From the IMG/VR virus record IMGVR_UViG_3300012667_000160, positions 1 to 26,540 of that record: a stretch of DNA of 26,540 bases, one strand, 5' to 3'. Under the pieces are notes generated by a model. The model saw only the letters and a list, made by a program, of their open reading frames with translations. It ran no database searches and had not been told where the DNA came from. Positions 8,001 through 15,825 of this stretch are shown piece by piece (position 1 is the stretch's first letter; every line of letters starts with the position of its first letter). A program made the position numbers and the translations under genes. The DNA comes from a virus. Lineage: Duplodnaviria; Caudoviricetes.

Positions 8001-10835
8001 CATAATAGGGTTCACGCTTTGGCTTAGAATCTCCATAACGGGATAGTCTGTAGGGTCATGTAGTTCGTAAAACTCACGTTTACCGTTCTTTAAAAACCCA
8101 AAGTTACCCTGCTTCTCTTTAAGATTAGTTCGCCCAACAAACGATGCCTTACCTACTTTTTGAAGCTGCTCTGCTGTCAGCATCTTGTGGTGGTTTCTAG
8201 CACCGCCCATATAGGAGCGTATCATTTCATTAGCGATGTTTTCCATTGGGTTAATATCATGGTCTGACTTGGTACGCTCTCTAAACGAGCGCGTTGCTGT
8301 ATTGCCAATGGTTATCTTTTTACCTGAAGCGCCAAGCATATCTGTTGCTTCGTCACGTAGCGTGTAGTTAGGTACGTAAAGGTCTTGGTCTTTGAAGAAG
8401 TTGTACATGCCCTCATCAATAGTCCCAGTATCTTTAAGGTAATCAACGCGCATTTTGTTTACTTCTTTGAGCATATTCAACGCGTCTTGGTACACAGGTT
8501 TGTTCTTGAGAATCGTGTCAACATCTCGTACTTTCTTAGCAAACCCTTCAGGGTCTTTAGACACGCGCAGACTTACATTTTCTGGATTGACCTTCTGCAT
8601 ACGCTCTTGGTCTTTAGTCCATAGAATCTCATGGAGAATATCCTGCCCATCTTTCTCGCTTTTCACATGGTCAAGCATATTTTTAACAGAAGCGTTTTTA
8701 ACTGTACCATCATGCAATGTAACAGGTGATCTAACTACTTCTGATTGACCGTCAGGCATGAGCTTCATACCACCTTCCGAAAGCACACGGGGTAGTTGAG
8801 TTCCCATTTTATCCATAGCATGACCAAGCCAAAAAGCACTTAACTCATTGCCCACATAATCCCCATACTGTTCGTTAATTTTAGTGAGTCCAAGCCATTT
8901 ATCCACTTGGTTTTTGCCAAAATTATGGAACGTGTTTTTAACCGCGTCAGTAAACGATAGCTTACCAGCAGGGTCACGCACGACAGTGCTTGGGTTACTA
9001 AGTAAATCTGACTCAGCGGTTTTAACTGACTCTGCGCCTGCTTTTGCGCCTTCCTGAAGCCTGCTTGACATAAGCGGAGATCTAGGTACTTCTTGTGCTT
9101 CTGCCTTAGCGCGAAGTGACTCAGGTGCTAGAGATGGTTTAACCTCGGGTTGAGTTTGTGTTGTTTCGCCAAGAGCTTCATCAAAAGCATTATTTACAGC
9201 ATCGACTTTCTCTGCCGTTCTGGTGGCTTCAGGTTTAGGTTTAAATTGATTTATTATGTCGTCAACCGCACTTACTTTATCTTCAGCAATACTACCTTTC
9301 TCACCAGCAGTTTCTTTAAGTCCTGCTAGTACCCTTGTAGCATTAGCTAAACCTTCTTCAGAAGTGAAGTCCAAATCTTTAAGTGTGCTGTACGCAGCAT
9401 GGTTTTTACCAAGTCCTAGCTGGTCACGGATTTGTTCTGGTGTAAGAAATGATGGCGCCTCTGCGGTTGGTTGCCCTTCGACAACGGGTTTCTCTCCTGG
9501 AGCGTAGGGTTTATATTCGCCATTTTTATTTGGGTGGACTACACCTTCCTGTCGAGCAATTGCCCAGATAACCTTATTTCGTACAGCGGGGTCGTCTAAA
9601 TCAATCTTGTCGTTAACACTATCAAGCCCTAAATGCTCAGCAATATTTTTAGCATAAACCTCTGGGTTATTATGGTCTTTAGCAGGTGCATAACGATTAG
9701 TTAATTCAAGAGGTGTATCAATCTGGTGTAAATGTTTATATGCTTTTAATAAGTCATTAATACCTGTAACGCTTTCTTCTAGTGAGTCATAACTTCTAAA
9801 CCCATCACCGGACTTATTACGCACGTTCCACAAGTTGTAAGACTTAGGCATCTTGCTTAAATCAAAATTACGCGCGAGTGAATCCGTATCATACACAACC
9901 CCATAGTCTGTCTGCCCTTCTACTGGTTGTTGCTTACCTTTAACCGTAGGCACTGGGATATTGTCGGGTGTGGGTTCTCCAGCAGGGGGTTGTTCTGTAG
10001 GACTAGCTGGTTTATTTATGTGACTTAATGCAGCGTGCCCCACGCCAAATAATGGGGCGACAGTTAATACATTTTTACCTGTTTCAAGCATCTCCTCTTT
10101 ATTCATTAGAGGTTTATCTGCCGCGCTACGTGCGATGTCTTCTGAGGCTATTGCCGCTGGTGTAGCGACAGCCACGTTGGATAACGTGTTTTTAGCCGCG
10201 TTCTCAAGAAAGCTAGCTCCCGCTTTACCCGCAAGGTATTTAGGGATAAGACCTGCTGGAGCACCAAGTGTGTTTATTGCGGCAATAGGAGCAGCACCTG
10301 TTAAAGCAGCTTCATTACTCCCACCGAGTTCGTTAATATGTCCAGCACCTGCAAGATACTCGCCTGCGCCAGCCGCTCCAATAACTAAAGGATTACCCGT
10401 AGCACCCGCTGCTACAACAGGAAGAACACGCCCAATAGTTTCACCAGCAGGTTCTGTAATGTTTTTTCTAGCTTTCGCTAAATACTCAGGGATAAGCCCA
10501 TTCTTAGATGCAGCGGCTACGTCTTCCTCAGTGGTTTTCTCTGAGGCTTCTTGTGCTTTCTTTGCAGTTTCTTCACTTTTAGCCTTTAGAGATTCAGCCG
10601 TTTCAGGAAAACCTGTAGACTCCGCAACAACACCCGCACCTCGCTCTAGCTGTGACAGACCAGATTGTAATCCTGTTTTAACCGCAGGTATAAACCCAGT
10701 CTTTTCTTCATGTTGAGCGTCCTGCTCCATAAGGTGCTGAACGTATCTAAAAGCATCATCGTCCGTTGCGCTGTCAGGCACCTCGATGTTATATACCTTT
10801 TTATTAGGTGCTTCTATGCTGAGATTTTTAGCCAT
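5049..10835 (-). CDS. Giant internal virion/ejection polyvalent protein (lysozyme-like domain, LPD38-like region, LPD23-like domain with HExxH)
   Basis: AAGGAG ribosome-binding site; last gene of the late operon. Motifs: TNRYAPAKDHNNPEVYAKNIA (PM2 P5-like/lysozyme-like), AREAINFSVSG...LIPFLGA (LPD38-like region), TGWFKNPDEGWRYEISD, LEHPELYKAYPDL, LLHEAQH and YKRLAGETEARNV (LPD23-like). Confidence 0.8.
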   Translation of the reverse strand: MAKNLSIEAPNKKVYNIEVPDSATDDDAFRYVQHLMEQDAQHEEKTGFIPAVKTGLQSGLSQLERGAGVVAESTGFPETAESLKAKSEETAKKAQEASEKTTEEDVAAASKNGLIPEYLAKARKNITEPAGETIGRVLPVVAAGATGNPLVIGAAGAGEYLAGAGHINELGGSNEAALTGAAPIAAINTLGAPAGLIPKYLAGKAGASFLENAAKNTLSNVAVATPAAIASEDIARSAADKPLMNKEEMLETGKNVLTVAPLFGVGHAALSHINKPASPTEQPPAGEPTPDNIPVPTVKGKQQPVEGQTDYGVVYDTDSLARNFDLSKMPKSYNLWNVRNKSGDGFRSYDSLEESVTGINDLLKAYKHLHQIDTPLELTNRYAPAKDHNNPEVYAKNIAEHLGLDSVNDKIDLDDPAVRNKVIWAIARQEGVVHPNKNGEYKPYAPGEKPVVEGQPTAEAPSFLTPEQIRDQLGLGKNHAAYSTLKDLDFTSEEGLANATRVLAGLKETAGEKGSIAEDKVSAVDDIINQFKPKPEATRTAEKVDAVNNAFDEALGETTQTQPEVKPSLAPESLRAKAEAQEVPRSPLMSSRLQEGAKAGAESVKTAESDLLSNPSTVVRDPAGKLSFTDAVKNTFHNFGKNQVDKWLGLTKINEQYGDYVGNELSAFWLGHAMDKMGTQLPRVLSEGGMKLMPDGQSEVVRSPVTLHDGTVKNASVKNMLDHVKSEKDGQDILHEILWTKDQERMQKVNPENVSLRVSKDPEGFAKKVRDVDTILKNKPVYQDALNMLKEVNKMRVDYLKDTGTIDEGMYNFFKDQDLYVPNYTLRDEATDMLGASGKKITIGNTATRSFRERTKSDHDINPMENIANEMIRSYMGGARNHHKMLTAEQLQKVGKASFVGRTNLKEKQGNFGFLKNGKREFYELHDPTDYPVMEILSQSVNPIMLASRGAAQVLRTAVTNTPNFWKRQLFIDPIGATMTSDIGWITPAHTMYEITKILRGDRKILNKLMDAGAISHVDPTIDPRDSRMLYKEIGTRTVSKSGLDQFKSKLRNSSEFMHILVDGATRCAVYQKAYDRGVKKGMAPEKAEGYALMKAREAINFSVSGNSDAQRTGRQLIPFLGAGINALELMRRNITMGHVKVEDRPAYRRQFLNKVYTIGMLSGLHALYMSGDPDYEEAKNSFKYSRVVVPTGDKDNPLFGLDLPPDMTFLYWIPALMVDYSLGTKDGQEIWKIAKDQMLTMIPGQIGYTGGVPVPQIAKTPLELASGTSFYTGEDIVSKADQGLPAWAQGQYTASKTGKAVGKALDVSPTKFDYLFKGYLGELGNVALWASDGILDTVGLADNVKKPDRHWTQTPGLGAQGTFGTRLASQSVEDMYAHKEKADQARKLYNQLGMRGEAGQEEFKNFKADPDNIKLAQLATEMDRYAKHESDIMKKIHMLQNSNISSAEMTRRIEEAKRERTATAQQAEKLYASVMGKGMAKGGLIDKIKAQHFGPKDSTIISSLMHPQEATARAGDWLQEKMRIASSNPYEEFTPDEQAQAGLDIAGLANTGAMPFSPMTGKGTLGMFAGLKSSTADLGAHETAQAMETAGKSPEEILKATGWFKNPDEGWRYEISDANARMKLPMSEMLESKTFGPTRGNYKLGDVLEHPELYKAYPDLAEVPFTVREGFMDYGKGLQGWRGDKGIGLTPYVQDPLGTLLHEAQHEIQGKENWAQGGNANTVMEAIPHDTKLEMAKETMGKLSDKLASKSNLLAELDKYRDTPEFNNLQSLGTNNDAAFKAYWDVNMGRAQGDIDALKAAHNDTMSQMSKTREEVANSLFGATYYKVSKEQRELLDLMAHPQKVQSAIDEMAKLNKDITDLQSGDPKALQKHTNMHEMYKRLAGETEARNVTDRRRMTGEERIAKPSWETQEYPFIQQFIARQSGK

Positions 10836-10847
10836 GACTACTCCTTA

Positions 10848-13478
10848 TTATCGTTTGATATAACCTTGTTGTGCCCATTCCTCGGTTGTTTGGGGGGTTT
10901 GGCTACCGGCATTTGGCACAACAGTAGTAGGTATTTTCAGGGCGATACCTAAAGAATTTAGGTCAGCAAAAGCAGCATTAAAATCTGACGTAGCTTTAAT
11001 ATACCGCGGGTCAGATGGTTGCACCATTCCGTTTGTAAGCGATGTTAAAACGTCTTTAGCTGTTTTTGCTTTATCTGCGGCTAAGTTAACTTTACCTTGT
11101 AGGTTAGGGTCAGAACTTGCTTTATTGTACAGGTCCGCAATTTGCGCATCGAGGTGCTCCATATTTTTAAGCGCCATCTGTTTGTTTATGCCGAGCTGTT
11201 GATAGTCGATTGCGTTTTTCATCGCGTTGTTAGCCGCAGTGTCTCTATGAGCTACAGCATTATTAGCCACACTTTGCGCATATACGTCTGTTTGTTTCTG
11301 TGCTGAGATAGCGTCGAGGACGTTGTTGAGAGAATCGCCTTTTAGCTTTTTGAGGGCTAGCATGGACATTGTATTGTCCTGTGATTTCTTAGCTATCGCG
11401 GCATCCGACTCGTTAGCCATTTTGAGACCGCCCATAATACCAGCACCAGCAATAGCCCCATAACCTGGTCTAAATACACGATCTCCAACGCCTTCGTAAG
11501 AGCCTGCTTTGCTGAGCGCCGCGCCAACCCCGCCTAATATAGCGTTAAACGTACCGTCTTTTCTTTCACGAGCAAGGTCATATTCGTTCTGTGAAATACG
11601 TTTAGCGAGGTCACTATAATCTACATCCGAGTCTTTTAGTTTGCTATATAGTGAGTCTAAGATACTGCCTTGACCCATACCTGTATCACTTGATTTGCTT
11701 ACCGCTTGGTCAGCTTGAAAAAGTGCCGCCGATCTAGCAACCGCATCACCAACAGGATGCCCTTCAGTAGTATTAGTAGTCGGTCCTTGATTAAATGCCT
11801 CATCTCTAACCTGCACATTTTCCTTAGTAGCAGGCGCTTTATTAGCGCTTTTTGAATTTACTATAACTCCGTCGGGTCTTTTTACAACACCTTGTTGTGG
11901 TGTTTGAGTTGAAACTGGTGGCGCTACTTGGGTTGGAGCTGGTGGCGCTACTTGGGTTGGAGCTTGGGAGGTTGTATCGCCTGTTTCCACATTAGGTTGA
12001 GCTGAATTCGCGTCTCCACCCCATAACCCTTTAAGCCTATCTGTTACACGCTGTATATCATTTGGCTTTAAATTAGCCAAGCTTTCATACTCGTTTGCGC
12101 TTGTCGCGCTAATAGGTGAGTTAGGATTAAATGCTTTTTCGCTAGGTACATTAAAATTTACACCGCTTAGAATGTCAGGCAGTTCACCAGAAGCGAATGT
12201 GTCTGGGGCTTTATTACCAGTAATTGCTTGGTATGCTAGAGGAAATGGATTCCCAACTAAAGTTTTACTGGCCCCATAAACATCCATAGGTACAGCCGCT
12301 TCGCTTAATAGCTCACCCGCGTGTGTTCCTAAGCTTCCTAACCCTTTTTTTATAGCCCCTAACCCTTTCTCTACCATTCCAGGTGCACTTTTATATGGTG
12401 CCTCCCCTGCTTTTGGTTTTAGCCAATCATCAGCAGGTGCTTTAGTAGCTTCCATTCTAGCCGCGTTTTCCGCGCTAGTGCGAGCCATTGATTCGTTCAT
12501 ACCCGCAGTTGGGTTGGGTGTTTTAGGGATATATTCTTTATTAGCTCTTATGGCTTCTGCCATAGTTTCTGCCATAGGTGCTGTTGTTTTTGGTACAGGC
12601 GTTTCAGGAATAACGCCCTGATTAGTTGCTTGACCTAAATGCATCTTACGCGGTATGTCAGTAGCTCTTAAATTAGCTGCATTTTGAGCTTCTTGCTCCA
12701 TTAAGCGCTTAACCAATGGGTGAGTACCACGTTCTAGTTTTGACAACACCCCTCTATTAGCTGCATCACCTACGTGCATTTTTCGCACCATTTCAGTGGC
12801 TCTTAGTCTAGCTGCATTTTCTGCATCTTGGGCTTCTAGTATTCTTGGGTCAAGTCCACTGCTGTTAAGGTTAGGGTCGTAACCAAATAAAGACCCGCCC
12901 TCAGCAAAACCTCGGCTAAACACCTTTCCCGAGAATAAGTCCGCGTAGTCTTGCATAGCGTTACCAATATTAGCTTTACCCTGAACCATACCGACAATCG
13001 AGTTATCAAGCAGTGACTGAAGCATCCCGTGTTTCTTTTCTTGGGCGTTGGGGTCTTGTGAGTTAGGTGGTGTATAAGTAGGTCTTTGCCCTTGCATTTG
13101 AGGTGATTGATTAGGCATCATAATGCCGCGATACGCGCCCGTGCCTGGTTGCATAGAAGGCTGTGTTAGTCCACCATCCGCATAGCCTTGAGACGAGGAC
13201 ATAAAATTAGCAGGTATTTGACCTGAGCCAATAAGCTGTGCAAGCATCTGGGATTTATATAGGTCAGCGTTTTGTCTTTCACCTTCTTGCTCCTGCGCTG
13301 CCATAAGTTGCTGCTGGATGTTACCCGCTACGGTGCCTTGGGGGGCTTGACCTTGGGGTTGTCTCATTTTATTACGCTCTAGCATTTCTGACTGTGCAAT
13401 AAGTTTTGCCCAAGGGGAGTTGTTAGGGCTTTGTTGGACCTGATTTAACTGTTGGTCTTGTAAATATTTAATGCTCAT
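10848..13478 (-). CDS. Putative internal virion/ejection protein (P22 gp20-like position)
   Basis: 876-aa ORF that is Gln/Pro/Ala-rich and low in complexity. It has a Gly-rich hydrophobic segment (ILGGVGAAL...GAIAGAGIMGGL) and a helical C-terminus. The assignment rests mainly on synteny. Confidence 0.6.
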   Translation of the reverse strand: MSIKYLQDQQLNQVQQSPNNSPWAKLIAQSEMLERNKMRQPQGQAPQGTVAGNIQQQLMAAQEQEGERQNADLYKSQMLAQLIGSGQIPANFMSSSQGYADGGLTQPSMQPGTGAYRGIMMPNQSPQMQGQRPTYTPPNSQDPNAQEKKHGMLQSLLDNSIVGMVQGKANIGNAMQDYADLFSGKVFSRGFAEGGSLFGYDPNLNSSGLDPRILEAQDAENAARLRATEMVRKMHVGDAANRGVLSKLERGTHPLVKRLMEQEAQNAANLRATDIPRKMHLGQATNQGVIPETPVPKTTAPMAETMAEAIRANKEYIPKTPNPTAGMNESMARTSAENAARMEATKAPADDWLKPKAGEAPYKSAPGMVEKGLGAIKKGLGSLGTHAGELLSEAAVPMDVYGASKTLVGNPFPLAYQAITGNKAPDTFASGELPDILSGVNFNVPSEKAFNPNSPISATSANEYESLANLKPNDIQRVTDRLKGLWGGDANSAQPNVETGDTTSQAPTQVAPPAPTQVAPPVSTQTPQQGVVKRPDGVIVNSKSANKAPATKENVQVRDEAFNQGPTTNTTEGHPVGDAVARSAALFQADQAVSKSSDTGMGQGSILDSLYSKLKDSDVDYSDLAKRISQNEYDLARERKDGTFNAILGGVGAALSKAGSYEGVGDRVFRPGYGAIAGAGIMGGLKMANESDAAIAKKSQDNTMSMLALKKLKGDSLNNVLDAISAQKQTDVYAQSVANNAVAHRDTAANNAMKNAIDYQQLGINKQMALKNMEHLDAQIADLYNKASSDPNLQGKVNLAADKAKTAKDVLTSLTNGMVQPSDPRYIKATSDFNAAFADLNSLGIALKIPTTVVPNAGSQTPQTTEEWAQQGYIKR
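11917..11964. repeat. Exact 24-bp tandem duplication encoding APTQVAPP twice
   Basis: ggtggcgctacttgggttggagct occurs twice back to back. Confidence 0.9.
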
Positions 13479-13488
13479 TAATTACCCC

Positions 13489-15420
13489 TTATGCCGATAC
13501 TTTAACTTGTGTGTTGCTGTTGTTGCCGCTACCTACACCTGCTCCCGCAACTAGGTTTTGGAACTTAACTAGATCTACATTCCCTATCTCATTAAGCACT
13601 TTCATTAACGCATCGTATTGTGCTTGTTGGTCAGCTCTTGCACCTGCATCTGTACTGTTTAACGCGGCTCCTGCATTACCCATAGCAGTCTGATAAGCTG
13701 TTTCTAATGCACCTAGGTTCTGTACGTTATTTACACCTTGGTTAAGCGCGTTTAATTGATTAGTAAACGCTTGGAACTTATTAGCTTGGTTGTACTGCCC
13801 GGCAGAAATATCACCTGTAGCAGCCGCTTGTAGGGCTTGTTGGTTCGCGGTATATGCCGCTTGTTTAGCAGCTCTATCCGCAGCGAATTGAGCGACCGCA
13901 TCAGTGTAGGCGTTTTGGTAACCTTTAGTAGTGATGTCATTACGAGACTGATTATAGTTTCTTTCCCCTTCCGCCTCAACAACACCTTGACGATACCCAC
14001 CAAATGCACCTGATTGTGTAGCCGCTGTGTTTTCTCTTAACCTTTCTATACCTCGTTGTCGCTCCGCTTCACGCAAAGCAATATCGACCACACCTTGAGT
14101 ATAGGGACTCATATAAGTGTCCATTGCTGCCTTATTCCACGTGTCGGGCGTAAACTTATCGGGTGTGTTATAGGAGTTATAAATTTGTTTTGGTGTTACA
14201 TCTGACCCTAATCTAAATGCACTACCCGCACCACCAAGTGTTAGCGCTTGCCCTAGTAAATAAGGACTGCCCATATTCGTTGAGGTTACCGTCGGTGTAA
14301 CATTCGCTGGTGTTAGATTAGCATCCGTTATGGCTTTTTGCAGTTCTGTATCTTTAGCAGCTTGATCTGTCAATACTTTCTCGGCATCTGTTTTCTCGGC
14401 ATCTGTATCAGCTACATTTACCTTATCTTTAAGCGCATCCAGTCCCGCTCCTGTATCAGCTACATCTACCTTATCTTTAAGCGCATCCAGTCCTGTACCA
14501 GCTACATTTACCTTAGATTGGTTATTCGCATCTATAAAACTATCCATTGCGGCAGTATCTGTGTAATCACCTTGATACCCTGCATTAACTGCTTTATCTT
14601 CTAACTGCTGTTGACTGCTAGGTGCATATGTGTAAGTTACGGCTGGATTTACCTTAGTGTCGTATGGGTTTAATCCCGTAGCGTCCATAGTGTCGTATGG
14701 GTTTAATGCTTGGGCATTTGTTTTACTAGCAATCGTATTTAAATCTCGTAACCTGTTTAATTCAGCGGGGGTAATTTCTCCAGAATCTATATCTGCACTT
14801 GTCCAGTTGGTGCCAGTTAGCTGTGCATCTGTTTTTGGGGTAGGTGCAGGTGGCTCTGCTGTCCACCCCGTAGCGTCCATAGTGGTGTATGGGTTTAATG
14901 ATTGGGCATTAGGATTAGCCACTGCGGGTTGGTATGGTTCGCCCCAATCATTAGTAGGGACAAATGGAGCTTGTGGCTTATCCGTAACCGTTACTTGGTC
15001 ATAAGTTGGCGAGCTAGGTGAGGCTGCATAAGCTAAGTTTGGGTTATCAAACGCATAAGTATTGTTATAGCCTGTAGGCACCTGATCGTTAGTCATAGCA
15101 AAAGGTACTGGACCATATGACTGGTCAGACGTAGCACTAGGAGGACCTACAACAGAGCCAAGGGTTAGCCCACCATCATCGAATCGCCGCACACTAGTTA
15201 TCCCCCCCTCAGAGAACCTATTAGCCATCTTATGCGCCATGTTTTGGGCAGCGTACCAATCAGAGGTTCTACCAGCAGTTAACGGTCCTTTATATGTCGG
15301 ACCTTTATAGGTGTCTGCCCATTTGTCAAAATATCCCATCGACTTTTTTAGAGCCGCCTGACGGGTTGGGTCGAGCATTGTGGTCTGTGTAGTGCTTGAT
15401 GGTACTGATGAACCGCCCAT
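13489..15420 (-). CDS. Putative DNA transfer/ejection protein (P22 gp7-like position), 643 aa
   Basis: The likely start is MGGSSVPSSTTQTT at 15420, after AGAGGA. The C-terminal block YMSPYTQGVVD...GAFGGYRQGVVEAE is typical of podoviral ejection proteins. Confidence 0.7.
   Translation of the reverse strand: MGGSSVPSSTTQTTMLDPTRQAALKKSMGYFDKWADTYKGPTYKGPLTAGRTSDWYAAQNMAHKMANRFSEGGITSVRRFDDGGLTLGSVVGPPSATSDQSYGPVPFAMTNDQVPTGYNNTYAFDNPNLAYAASPSSPTYDQVTVTDKPQAPFVPTNDWGEPYQPAVANPNAQSLNPYTTMDATGWTAEPPAPTPKTDAQLTGTNWTSADIDSGEITPAELNRLRDLNTIASKTNAQALNPYDTMDATGLNPYDTKVNPAVTYTYAPSSQQQLEDKAVNAGYQGDYTDTAAMDSFIDANNQSKVNVAGTGLDALKDKVDVADTGAGLDALKDKVNVADTDAEKTDAEKVLTDQAAKDTELQKAITDANLTPANVTPTVTSTNMGSPYLLGQALTLGGAGSAFRLGSDVTPKQIYNSYNTPDKFTPDTWNKAAMDTYMSPYTQGVVDIALREAERQRGIERLRENTAATQSGAFGGYRQGVVEAEGERNYNQSRNDITTKGYQNAYTDAVAQFAADRAAKQAAYTANQQALQAAATGDISAGQYNQANKFQAFTNQLNALNQGVNNVQNLGALETAYQTAMGNAGAALNSTDAGARADQQAQYDALMKVLNEIGNVDLVKFQNLVAGAGVGSGNNSNTQVKVSA
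14377..14515. repeat. Nested in-frame tandem repeats (15-bp unit x2; about 48-bp unit x2.5)
   Basis: tttctcggcatctgt occurs twice (14377-14406). ctgtatcagctacat(t/c)taccttatctttaagcgcatccagtcc occurs at 14403 and 14451, with a partial copy at 14494. Confidence 0.9.
14655..14910. repeat. Dispersed in-frame direct repeats (NAQxLNPYxTMDATG)
   Basis: 44-bp copies at 14675-14718 and 14867-14910 differ at 3 positions. A further 20-bp copy lies at 14655-14674. Confidence 0.9.
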
Positions 15421-15422
15421 AA

Positions 15423-15824
15423 TTAAATCCTCTTTTCGTAAATGGTTTCGCCTTCTCTCCACCCAGGAATTTTATCTATGGCTCTATGCCAGCCTTTACG
15501 GGAGGAAGTAAATGTTATTTTGCTTGCACCAAACTCTCTGGCTATGGCGTCAACGTCTTGATGATACTTAACTAGCGCATCACCTTCTGTACTATAGGCA
15601 GCCCATACGAATAACGAAACCTCATGTGTCAAATCGTCTGTAAGCAGTTTGAATACGATAACCCCGTCTGGAGTCCTGTAGACTCTGGCTTGCCCTAATA
15701 CAGCTGCCATAAAAATATCTTCAGGAATCCAGCCTTTGGTATTCGTTTTAATTATGAGACATTCTAAAGCATTACGGATAAAATCCCAAGAATCTCTAAT
15801 GTTTTCACAGTAGATAAGTTGCAT
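15423..15824 (-). CDS. GNAT-like virion morphogenesis protein (P22 gp14/T7 gp13-like position)
   Basis: 133 aa with LFVWAAYS and AREFGASKITFTSSRKGW. It lies immediately before the first ejection-type gene. Confidence 0.6.
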   Translation of the reverse strand: MQLIYCENIRDSWDFIRNALECLIIKTNTKGWIPEDIFMAAVLGQARVYRTPDGVIVFKLLTDDLTHEVSLFVWAAYSTEGDALVKYHQDVDAIAREFGASKITFTSSRKGWHRAIDKIPGWREGETIYEKRI

Positions 15825-15825
15825 A

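Noticed and set aside
10135-10716. 193-aa antisense ORF and other + strand ORFs across the late operon
   Set aside because: They are codon-register shadows of Ala/Gly/Thr-rich genes, with no convincing ribosome-binding sites or motifs.
14377-14910. Repeats as a CRISPR array or DGR template/variable pair
   Set aside because: They are in-frame coding duplications without unique spacers, there is no reverse transcriptase in the window, and only three mismatches are available, too few to show adenine-specific mutagenesis.
15202-15208. G7 run (minus strand) as a phase-variation or slippage site
   Set aside because: It is short and explained by Glu-Gly-Gly codons of the motif; I found no useful alternative product.
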